A stretch of DNA of 64,000 bases from contig JAIECF010000230.1 of assembly GCA_029068655.1 (NCBI GenBank), forward strand, positions 6,382 to 70,381, read 5' to 3'. Origin of the DNA: Muribaculaceae bacterium. Its GTDB lineage: Bacteria; Bacteroidota; Bacteroidia; Bacteroidales; Muribaculaceae. Of the stretch, positions 18,453-26,760 are shown in pieces; the first letter of the stretch is position 1, and each line of letters begins with the position of its first letter. The position numbers and the translations under genes were made by a program. The notes beneath the pieces were generated by a model. The model saw only the letters and a list, made by a program, of their open reading frames with translations. It was not told the DNA's origin and made no database searches.

Positions 18453-21242
18453 ATGAAATTCTCGATAAAAAATATCTTAAAATATGCAGCAGTAGGGGCT
18501 ATTCTTGCATCCGGTGCTTGCTCCGATGATTTTATGGTCAGTGATGAGGCTGACAACTCTAGTATGTCGGAAGGTCTGACATTCATGTGTGGAGACATGC
18601 TCGAGGTGTTTACCGGTTTAAATAACGAAGCAACCCGTGCAGGTGGTTCCAAGACAGAGGATGAAAAGAAAATAAAGACGCTTCATGTGTTCTTTTTTAA
18701 TGGAGGCGGAGATGGAGAGCTTCTTAAACCCAATTATACTAATTTCTCATCATATCAAAAAATTAATGTAGAAGAAGAAAAGGGTATTGAGAGGTATTTA
18801 CTAAAACTCTCTGATGGCGAGTGGAATAGTAATAAAGGTCTCTTTAGTGATAAAAACGGTAACCCGAAAAAATCAAACATTAGAGTTGTTGCAATAGCAA
18901 ATATTGATGCTCTTGAAGGAGTTGTCCCGGAGTCTGATGACAATCGCTTTTATACTCAACTTCCTGATGGAACGGTTCAGACAAATGGAAAGATTCAGAA
19001 AGCGGGTAGATCATTCAACGAGGAATTCCCGATAACAAAATATTCAGATCTTCAGGAATGGGTATACTATCCGAAGATTCGCATGAATGAGGATGGAACC
19101 GCTGGAGATATCTCTAAACTTCCTGAAGCCGGTATGCCTATGATAGGGGAACAGATAATTGATTTAACCGATAAAAGCGCGATTGTCATAAACATGAAAG
19201 CTCTTATGGCAAAGGTCAACGTTGCTATTAAACTTGATCCCGATCAATATACTGACAATCTCCCTGCTCTGACCATTACTGAGTATGGGGTTTTAAATAT
19301 GCCTATTGCCGTGCCATTCAAGCAGCCTGAAGGAAAACCAGTGAATGGATGGGAAAAAACAGAGAATCTTGATGCCTATTTTAAGGCCTATGACGTGACT
19401 AAGCAACCGATGTTTCATAAAAACGGCACTCCATCAGGGTGGAATGATGATCATGCTTATTGTGATCCGGCCAACCATGAATTTACAAACGTGCTGAAAA
19501 ACCCTGTAAGAATCATTAAGGGTGCCGATCCCGTTCTTTTGTGTTCTTATTATACTTTTGAGAACATAAACATGCCTGACTATTCGGCTAAAAGGGCTAC
19601 AGTCGATGGCCTGACTAAAGAAGCATTTACCGGTGATGGTGGCTCTACTGAATATGAACCAAACTATCCCGATGGAGTAGCACCGGAAGATTATCAGCGT
19701 TGGAAGCCAACTATCGCATACAAGGACCGTGCTTCGGCTATGATCCTTAAAGGTGAGTATACAACCCATCAGGGTCTCAAGTATAATGCCCAGTTTACCA
19801 TTTACCTCGGGATGGACACAGACACGGATTTCAAGGTAAAGCGCAATCATAAGTATGATAATAATATTGTCATCAAAGGCTTGGATTATGTCCGTAATGC
19901 AGTGGATGATGTGTACACGTTTGATGGTCGCGTAAATGTCGTAACTGACAATCCTCTATATCTTGCCATCGTTAATGAGCGCAAGGTGGACGTGCATGCG
20001 ACAGCCCTTCCTATGGATGTATGGTTGTTGAATTACGAAGACTTCACTCCGGAACCTGAGGATTATTATACGGATGTTACGTTTACTATTCCTGAAGTTG
20101 CTCAGGATTGGATTCAGATGGTTATGATTCCGCGTAGTGAAATGCAACATGAAGACGGCCGATTCTATGCAGGATCAGGAATTGAGAAATACTTCTATAA
20201 AAATCTGTTGAAAGATATAAAAGAAAGACCTAATACTGTATTATCTGGAGGAGAGAACGGAGCATATGCCGGTCATAATAAAGGCGCTCAGTGTGGCTCC
20301 GAGGTCACAGTATCATGTACTCCGACTGAAGGGGGGAATAATTCGCGTTCTCGTGTTTATTTCTACATAGATGAGAATACTACAGACTGGCAGTACGATG
20401 ATGGTAAATGTATGGGTACTCCGGACCGCACTGTGGAGGTCCAAGTGAAATATAAGAGTTATCGTCTGAATGGTACAGATACAGTAAAAGAGTCAGTAAC
20501 TGAAAAATTCCGTACGATTGAGATTGAACAGCGTGGTCTGTTGCGAGTTAAAAACCGCTGGTATTCTTGGCATACTGAGAGTCCGTATTACGATGCTAAC
20601 GGAGAAGAAATAGATGAAACATTCATTGAATATTACGAAGAATATCTAAACCATACTGATCCTCTTGATGAGCATGTTTCAGGAGATGTGTATGAGGGTC
20701 TTGAATGGGGCCTTGACGGCTACTCCTTTCCCACAAAAATTGATGGCATGGGGGACACAAATCCTATTGATGCTATGAAAGCTAAGCAAGGTTCTCTTGT
20801 AACAAATTGGATAATAAATCATACAAAAGATCTTGAAGGTGGGAGTATGAAAGATGTCCGGTTGTTTGATAGGAAAAAGAAACCATACTCAGCATTACAT
20901 TATTGTTATGGTAAGAATAAACGCAATTATGATGGTACCGTTGATGTGGAAGGCTCAACATCTACTGGCTATTATGGTTGGTATATGCCTGGTATCAAGG
21001 AGTTGGAAACAGCGTTAGTAGAGTATTACGAGAAGTTCGAAGATTTTCAAAATAAGTTATATTGGTCATGTGCCCCCAATAAGAGTACTCATCATGCTCG
21101 GGCTACAAAGGTGTTAGTAACAGCAGATAGGATTGAGTATGTTGACAGTGATCAAGACAAACCTGAAAACCCACAGTTCGGGGGTTATCAACTTCGTACA
21201 GCAAAGTTACGAATCAGAGCTTTCTACAGACGCAAATCCTAA
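18453..21242 (+). CDS. Large type V pilus tip/adhesin lipoprotein (DUF4906-like)
   Basis: Lipobox GAC, 'ATRAGG', 'EKKIKTLHVFFF', 'MPMIG', 'FKVKRNHKY', C-terminal 'WYMPGIKEL...YWS' and 'RIRAF'; last gene of the operon. Confidence 0.75.
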   Translation: MKFSIKNILKYAAVGAILASGACSDDFMVSDEADNSSMSEGLTFMCGDMLEVFTGLNNEATRAGGSKTEDEKKIKTLHVFFFNGGGDGELLKPNYTNFSSYQKINVEEEKGIERYLLKLSDGEWNSNKGLFSDKNGNPKKSNIRVVAIANIDALEGVVPESDDNRFYTQLPDGTVQTNGKIQKAGRSFNEEFPITKYSDLQEWVYYPKIRMNEDGTAGDISKLPEAGMPMIGEQIIDLTDKSAIVINMKALMAKVNVAIKLDPDQYTDNLPALTITEYGVLNMPIAVPFKQPEGKPVNGWEKTENLDAYFKAYDVTKQPMFHKNGTPSGWNDDHAYCDPANHEFTNVLKNPVRIIKGADPVLLCSYYTFENINMPDYSAKRATVDGLTKEAFTGDGGSTEYEPNYPDGVAPEDYQRWKPTIAYKDRASAMILKGEYTTHQGLKYNAQFTIYLGMDTDTDFKVKRNHKYDNNIVIKGLDYVRNAVDDVYTFDGRVNVVTDNPLYLAIVNERKVDVHATALPMDVWLLNYEDFTPEPEDYYTDVTFTIPEVAQDWIQMVMIPRSEMQHEDGRFYAGSGIEKYFYKNLLKDIKERPNTVLSGGENGAYAGHNKGAQCGSEVTVSCTPTEGGNNSRSRVYFYIDENTTDWQYDDGKCMGTPDRTVEVQVKYKSYRLNGTDTVKESVTEKFRTIEIEQRGLLRVKNRWYSWHTESPYYDANGEEIDETFIEYYEEYLNHTDPLDEHVSGDVYEGLEWGLDGYSFPTKIDGMGDTNPIDAMKAKQGSLVTNWIINHTKDLEGGSMKDVRLFDRKKKPYSALHYCYGKNKRNYDGTVDVEGSTSTGYYGWYMPGIKELETALVEYYEKFEDFQNKLYWSCAPNKSTHHARATKVLVTADRIEYVDSDQDKPENPQFGGYQLRTAKLRIRAFYRRKS

Positions 21243-21370
21243 TAATGTCGTAGGATGAATTTAGGGACAGTATACAATCGAAGAAGGACACATCCTGAAT
21301 GTTGTTAATTGGATAAGTAAGTCAAAAACAATATATAAGCATTCAAAGCAATCGGTTATGAAACCGGACG

Positions 21371-21399
21371 GAGCATCGACAATTCCCTTGTCGATGCTC
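21371..21399. repeat. Perfect palindrome GAGCATCGACAA-TTCCC-TTGTCGATGCTC followed by T-rich tract
   Basis: 12-bp stem. The right arm plus following bases recur at 22349-22379 upstream of the transposase-like gene. May act as the operon terminator. Confidence 0.65.
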
Positions 21400-21416
21400 T
21401 TTTCATCTTCGACAGT

Positions 21417-21672
21417 ATAGGCGCGGACCTGATTCTTAGCACTGGAAATGTCAGAATTTCTCAGAATTTTATTACCTGTCACAGGCCGGAAGCCCTCCTT
21501 TCTTTAGACTGCGCTCGGAGGCTGGGAAGCCTCCGTCCCATAGGCTACGCTGTCTATTTATGGGTAGGAGGCTTGGCTTCGCCCAAGCTAAAGCAACTCC
21601 CAGCCTCCTGAGTATTGTCCACTCCTACTCACGCTACGCGGAGCGCCAGCGAGCGAGCCTCAGCGCTCTCCG
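21417..21672 (+). repeat. Degenerate core + X-type module of the modular repeat family
   Basis: taggcgcggacctgattcttagcactggaaatgtcagaatttctcagaatt, followed by GGAGGCT/AGCCTCC hairpins and a GCGAGCGAGCCTC tail. Confidence 0.8.
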
Positions 21673-21760
21673 ATCCCAACGTGATTCCCCCAAAGAGCTT
21701 AGTCAGATCCAAGGAGTTTTGGGCCATTAGGTATTATCTGCTGTATGGCTTCTATAAAGG

Positions 21761-22000
21761 CTATCGTCTTAGGATATAATTGAGTGAAAAGGTTCTGACA
21801 AAATTAAGAGAGAGCATCGTTTTTATTCCGGCATGTGATGTGGCGCTTATGCCATATGCCAGCATTAGGGCAGAGGCCGCGTAGTAGGCTGAATAATACA
21901 ACCTATTGACCGCCGTATTGAAGAATCCGCCATCTGCATTGTATTGTGCTTCTTCTAAAGTTTCAAAGGCTCTGTGAGAGTTTTTTGGGACGGTTGGCAA
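21761..22000 (-). pseudogene. HEPN-domain protein fragment
   Basis: 'RAFETLEEAQYNADGGFFNTAVNRLYYSAYYAASALM...SHAGIK' is HEPN-like, but it lacks a normal N-terminus and the C-terminal half. Confidence 0.65.
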
Positions 22001-22186
22001 GTTAAAAAAGGTATTTATCCTAAAGACTTACAGCCGAAAACTGAAATCGCAGATAAACTCATCATGTATTGTGGGGAAGTGCGCCTCTCCGAGGCTTCCG
22101 GAATTATTGCAAGTCGCCCCAGCCTCGAATCTTGAGATTTTGACACAGTAACATCTCTCATGACTCAGCATGACGCGCCAAAGGTT

Positions 22187-22431
22187 TCACCTTCGACAAA
22201 CCACTTGCAGAGTGGAGAAAGGAGGCGGATCCGGTTTGTCGAAGGTGAGAGTGATGTCAGTTATTCTGAATATAGAAGGCTATGGATAAAAAAGGCGACA
22301 ACGAATTTGGATATTATCTTTGAAGTGGTTAATTTTGCAAGTGTTTCACCTTGTCGATGCTCTTTTCACCTTACGACAAACCACTTGCAGAGTGGAGAAA
22401 GAGGGCGCAGCCGGTTTGTCGAAGGTGAAAA
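22187..22431. repeat. Two tandem ~62-69-bp palindromic elements (TCACCTTCGACAAACC...GGTTTGTCGAAGGTGA), 180 bp apart
   Basis: Perfect 16-bp IR at 22187-22202/22233-22248; second copy 22363-22431; half copy 23443-23467 after the gene. Confidence 0.85.
22306..22337 (+). promoter_or_regulatory. Sigma-A promoter of the transposase-like gene
   Basis: TTTG (22306-22309), 20 nt, TAATTTTG (22330-22337). Confidence 0.6.
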
Positions 22432-22463
22432 AAGTAGACTATAAAAAGAAGACAGAAATAACT

Positions 22464-23429
22464 ATGGATTCAATCTGGATTAAGTCCCTTAAGGAAGGCG
22501 GCGGTCATTCCTATCACAGGAGGGCAATCAATCATGATTATTTCGCCCCCTTCATATACCATATCATCCTAAAGAAGGATGAGGATTGCGACAGCTTCGG
22601 ATTCGTAGTCGGCGATGCTCGTATAGAGCCGGGGCGCCCCGGCTGCGCGGATATTAATGAATCCCCACTCGGGAAAATTATAGCCAAGGAAATCATTCAT
22701 TTTCCTTATGAATATCCAATCATCAGAATACTTCAGTATAAGGTCATGCCTGACCATGTCCATATCCTCCTGCAGGTCCTGTTTCGCTCAGACAAGCATC
22801 TGGATTTCTACGTTGAGGCATTAAGGTCAAGGATTACCGCAAAATACTCAAGAATGCTTGGAAGGAAGATTGAAGATAATGATATTTTTGAAATAGGCTA
22901 TTGCGACAAGCCTCTATATGATGACCGTTCTCTGGACGGTCTGTACACTTATATCCGTCAGAATCCTCACCGCCTCGCCATGAGACAACAATATCCGGAA
23001 TTCTTCAAAAGGGTTCGTAATCTAAGGATAGGCAATCAGGATTACAGTGCTTATGGCAATCTGTTCCTCTTACGGAATCCGGACAAGGAGGCTGTGAAGA
23101 TCAGCAGAAGCTTTGAGAGGGAAGAAATACTCGAGAGAAAGTCATCATGGCTTTCATCCGCGTCTAAAGGTGCGATTCTTGTATCTCCATTCATATCCAA
23201 GGCTGAGAAAGATGTCCGTACGGAAGCTGAAGCCTTGGACGCTAAAATTATTCTTATCGTCCATGAGGAATTCCCGGAGCGTTTCAAACCGGCCGCCCAC
23301 GATTTCTCGCTTTGTTCGGAGGGCCGACTCCTCATTATTTCCCTCGGTCTTCCCACAGGTACAGATATCACATATCCCATCTGTTCTGACATGAATGCGC
23401 TTGCCAAGGCTATAGCTGAAGGATACTGA
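22464..23429 (+). CDS. Y1 HUH (IS200/REP-associated tyrosine) transposase-like protein with a C-terminal DprA/SLOG-like domain
   Basis: Start MDSIW at 22464; HUH motif 'VMPDHVHIL'; catalytic-Tyr helix 'YTYIRQNP'; C-terminal 'GAILVSPFISKAEK...GRLLIIS...MNALAKAI'. Confidence 0.75.
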   Translation: MDSIWIKSLKEGGGHSYHRRAINHDYFAPFIYHIILKKDEDCDSFGFVVGDARIEPGRPGCADINESPLGKIIAKEIIHFPYEYPIIRILQYKVMPDHVHILLQVLFRSDKHLDFYVEALRSRITAKYSRMLGRKIEDNDIFEIGYCDKPLYDDRSLDGLYTYIRQNPHRLAMRQQYPEFFKRVRNLRIGNQDYSAYGNLFLLRNPDKEAVKISRSFEREEILERKSSWLSSASKGAILVSPFISKAEKDVRTEAEALDAKIILIVHEEFPERFKPAAHDFSLCSEGRLLIISLGLPTGTDITYPICSDMNALAKAIAEGY

Positions 23430-23494
23430 CATATCCCTCTTATCACCTTACGACAAACCTCTTGCAGCGAGCACGTCCTGCCAACTCCCGGCTA

Positions 23495-23650
23495 TGCGGA
23501 GCGAAGCGAGCGAGCCTCGGCGCTCTTCGCTTCCGAATGCCGGCACTGATAGACTCTGCCCCTTTGCGGCTTTGCGTGAACTTTAAGAGCTTAGGCGCAG
23601 AACTAATTCTTAGCGCAGGAACTGGCAGATCTTCACAGAATTTTTTCATC
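23495..23650 (+). repeat. Module tail + core copy of the modular repeat family
   Basis: gcggagcgaagcgagcgagcctcggcg...cccctttgcggctttgcgtga, then core at 23591. Confidence 0.85.
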
Positions 23651-23687
23651 TGACGACACAGATACAGATATCAATGGAAAAATATAT

Positions 23688-23720
23688 TCGGCCGGTTACC
23701 TTCACAGGCAGCCGACCGGT
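23688..23720 (-). terminator. Rho-independent terminator of the orphan fimbrillin
   Basis: CGGCCGGTTACCT-TCAC-AGGCAGCCGACCG imperfect stem, with an A-rich tract on its left (U-tract on the minus strand). Confidence 0.5.
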
Positions 23721-23745
23721 TCGTTTTGTAAGTCAGTGTGGATAA

Positions 23746-23813
23746 ATCACATTTATTAGATCACATTTATTAGATCACATTTATTAGATCACATTTATTA
23801 GATCACATTTATT
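23746..23813 (+). repeat. 14-bp tandem repeat ATCACATTTATTAG x4 + partial
   Basis: Four perfect copies at 23746-23801, then ATCACATTTATT. Confidence 0.9.
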
Positions 23814-23933
23814 TATAGTTGCTTTGTACTGTATCATAAAGCGCCTCTCCGAGGCTACTGAGATTTTTTCGGGTTCCCCCAGGCTGAAGCCCGGGGTTTC
23901 TTCACAATTACAGCTCTCCGAGCTGACTTATCA

Positions 23934-23996
23934 GTTTTCCGTTTTCTGTTTTCCGTTTTCCGTTGATAGTTAATCGTTGATCGTTAATCGTTGATC
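23934..23996 (+). repeat. Compound heptamer array GTTTTCY x4 then GTT(G/A)AT(A/C) x5
   Basis: The 7-bp phase is kept across the unit switch; contains the fimbrillin stop codon. Confidence 0.8.
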
Positions 23997-25000
23997 GAAG
24001 CGCTTACCTCGCGGAAGTCAGCTACCTTCACGTTGAAGGTGATCGGGGTGGCGTTCCACGCTATGTTGTAGTTGTAGCGCTGACCTTCCTTCCATTCCCC
24101 GCTGATCGGGATGATATCCTCTGACTCGTAGCTTGCTCCGGGAACGTCCTTGAGAGTCTTGCGGCTCTTTACCTTGATGTATGCGTCTTCGCCAGCCTCC
24201 TGCGGGATCATGTACATCACGTTACCACTCTCTGCGCGTGATGCGCTGCTGATGCTGACTTTCTCTCCGTTGCAGGATGAGCCGCATGCGCCGAGTGTAA
24301 CTGAGAGGTTGTCGATGGTGAAGCTGCGGTCTGATGCGTTTTCTGCTATCTTCCACTCTCCCTTGGACCCTGCATTGGTGGAACCCTGCGGGAAGGTGTA
24401 AGTGCCGTTACCCTTAACGCCTCCGAGCTCGACTGACAGGATCTCGATGCTCTCGTAAACAGGGCTGTTGTTCTGGGCGGTGAAGGATACCTGTGCCAGT
24501 GAGTGGCGGAAACGGAGGCTGACGCTACCGTTGGATGTGCCCTTGCTGACGTCTTTTGCGACGGCATACATCAGGTCGCTCTGGTCGGCTACATTCGAGG
24601 GAACCTCGTAGTCTGCGAAGCTTGCTGCGCCGTCTGCGATCTCAAATGAGTTGCCGTTGGGGTTGCTGTCCACGAATGCCACGAAGGTGAGGGCACGGTC
24701 AGTGGGCCAGTATGTCTTGTCTGTTGATGTCCAGTTGCTGCCGGTTGAGAATACGCTCATCGGGGTGCTGAAGTATTCGGAACCGCGGTCGAGTGCGGAG
24801 ACCTTAAAGTCGGTCACTGATGTGCTCATGTCGCGGGTGCTTGCGCTGCGCTCGGCGGCTGCGTTCTCTACGCTGAATACGATGGCGTTGTTGTCTGCTG
24901 CGCCTGTCTCGAGTGTGCGGATATCTTCGTCTGCTGTGCAGGATGCGATTGCTATTGTGAGAAGGGAGAGGGCTGCGAGAGAGAATGACTTACGGTTCAT
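23984..25000 (-). CDS. Orphan fimbrillin family pilin
   Basis: Lipobox IASC, 'ASTRD', 'TYWP', 'DLMYA', 'FRHSLAQV', 'WKEGQRYNY' and 'PITFNVKVADF'. Confidence 0.85.
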   Translation of the reverse strand: MNRKSFSLAALSLLTIAIASCTADEDIRTLETGAADNNAIVFSVENAAAERSASTRDMSTSVTDFKVSALDRGSEYFSTPMSVFSTGSNWTSTDKTYWPTDRALTFVAFVDSNPNGNSFEIADGAASFADYEVPSNVADQSDLMYAVAKDVSKGTSNGSVSLRFRHSLAQVSFTAQNNSPVYESIEILSVELGGVKGNGTYTFPQGSTNAGSKGEWKIAENASDRSFTIDNLSVTLGACGSSCNGEKVSISSASRAESGNVMYMIPQEAGEDAYIKVKSRKTLKDVPGASYESEDIIPISGEWKEGQRYNYNIAWNATPITFNVKVADFREVSASIND

Positions 25001-25252
25001 AGTTGTGATCTTTAAAATGTGATTTTTTTTAGCTGCTTTCTCTTTCAGGTCTTATTGACCTTTTGCATTAATAACGCATGGAAAATACAAAAATATCATG
25101 CAAAAAAATCACATTTAACTGATTGTTTATCACTATGAAATATCCTGCAACAGCTATGAAATAAATGCAACCGGAATGAAGCATGATTGCAATAATTTGT
25201 AGTTGTAAGTTGGAAGAAGTAGTCAGACAGATGGCAGGCATCCGAGGGCTGA

Positions 25253-25740
25253 GATATTTAATCTTTTTCACGCAAGGGAGCGCTAAGGGGGGTGGGAGCG
25301 CATGGTGTCTTCCTCATTCACGCAATGCGGAGCGAAGCGAGCGAGCCTCGGCGTCCTTTGCCACCAAGCGCCTAAATCTTTTATCTTTTATCTTTCTCCC
25401 TTTGCGGCTTTGCGTGAACTTTGAAAGATTAGGCGCAGACCTAATTCTTAGCGCGGGAACGGGCAGATCTTCACAGAATTTTTTTCTTTGTCAATGCTGA
25501 TAAATTTGCCGGGACTTTGAAAGTGTAGGCGCAGACCTAATTCTTAGCGCAGAAACTGGCAGACTTTCACAGAATTATTTCATTGACTGCGAGCGGCGGT
25601 TAGAAACGCCGACCCATGGGCTACGCAATTTATGGGTAGGAGGCTTCCCAGCCTCCTCGGTGCAGCCTCCTGAGTGCCGTCTTCTACACTCCTGCTACGC
25701 GAAGCGAGCGAGCCTCGGCGATCTTTGCTACCGAATGCCA
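25253..25740 (+). repeat. Modular repeat array 3 (Z-core-short Y remnant-core-X)
   Basis: Cores at 25429 and 25525 in the same orientation as all other copies; last copies in the window. Confidence 0.85.
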
Positions 25741-25760
25741 AAACCTTTAATATTTAACCT

Positions 25761-26246
25761 ATGCAACTGAATATCAAATCTTGTGAGGTGCTGGCCGACA
25801 TAAGGAGTGCGGCCTGGCTGGAACAGGAGCTGCATCCTGAAGCAGACAGACACCGACGACATCAGATGGCCGACATCTGCGAGACAGACAACCTGGAACT
25901 CGTATGGCGTGTGCTCGGAACAGCCATAGCGGAGATACAGCTCGAGCTCACTAAAATACTTCAACCTGCAAAAGATGTGGACGAAGACAACGACCTCCGT
26001 TGCCCCAGGGAATGGAGGTTCAGTTTTCTTTTCCGACTTCCTACACAGACTTTGGAGTATATACGCGAGAAGATCCACGAGTATCTTGTGGCGAAAGTGA
26101 TGGCCGACCGCACTGCAGTCATCATTCCGTCTGCTTCCAAGACATGGCAGCAACGTGCGGAAGTGACAATCGCGGCTCTCAGAAGTATCTCGGCTACAGC
26201 CCGGCCTCCTTTCAGACCTGTCTGCAGGCCACTCTGGCCCATGTAG
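25761..26246 (+). CDS. Hypothetical protein resembling Bacteroidales prophage virion-module proteins (putative connector)
   Basis: Motifs 'RHQMADI...VWRVL', 'IHEYLV..VMAD' and C-terminal 'RPLWPM', recalled from Bacteroidales prophage structural regions; not database-checked. Confidence 0.5.
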   Translation: MQLNIKSCEVLADIRSAAWLEQELHPEADRHRRHQMADICETDNLELVWRVLGTAIAEIQLELTKILQPAKDVDEDNDLRCPREWRFSFLFRLPTQTLEYIREKIHEYLVAKVMADRTAVIIPSASKTWQQRAEVTIAALRSISATARPPFRPVCRPLWPM

Positions 26247-26373
26247 GGGACACGCCCGCAAACTCACTTCTCTGACTGCACAAATCGGGCAGTGTGTTTA
26301 CAATTTTTAACTTGCTTTATTTTATATATGCTTTGCTATATACTAATTTTGCAACATAAACTTAAAACACGCT

Positions 26374-26760
26374 ATGCATATGAAGAAGAAAGGCAGTACC
26401 AGTGACTTCATCAAGCAGAGAAACGCCGAACTCCGTGCGGCTTTCTTCAGCCAGAGACAATACTCAACCTCGGATATAGTTATAGAAAAGGCAGTCAGAA
26501 CGCCTGCCTCCCGCTTTTGGGTAGACCCTGACCGTGCCCGCGACGTCATATCACGGATAGAAAAGGATCCGGGATTGCTGGAAGGAATGTATCCGGAACG
26601 CCGCCGGATGTATGACGCTCTCATACGCAAATACAGAGAGATAAAGCGGCAGTTTCCGGGTCGCTCTAAAATACATTCGGTAACAATGGCCATCTATTCG
26701 GGGGCGCCGGAGTTCTACCTCTCCACATCCCGCGCGCGAAGCATAGTTTATGGTCTTTAG
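26374..26760 (+). CDS. Small basic hypothetical protein of a Bacteroidales prophage family
   Basis: 'KGS..DF..QRNAEL', 'PASRFWV...RA' and 'APEFYL', recalled as terminase-neighbouring prophage proteins; TAATTTTG -7 box at 26344-26351. Confidence 0.55.
   Translation: MHMKKKGSTSDFIKQRNAELRAAFFSQRQYSTSDIVIEKAVRTPASRFWVDPDRARDVISRIEKDPGLLEGMYPERRRMYDALIRKYREIKRQFPGRSKIHSVTMAIYSGAPEFYLSTSRARSIVYGL

Noticed and set aside
18453-21242. Diversity-generating retroelement target in the tip pilin C-terminus
   Set aside because: The C-terminus has a lectin-like 'YWS...RIRAF' ending, but no template repeat or reverse transcriptase was found in the window; a remote DGR cannot be excluded.
22320-22463. N-terminal extension of the transposase ORF in the ORF track
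   Set aside because: It overlaps the predicted promoter and the palindrome; the ATG at 22464 is the more plausible start.
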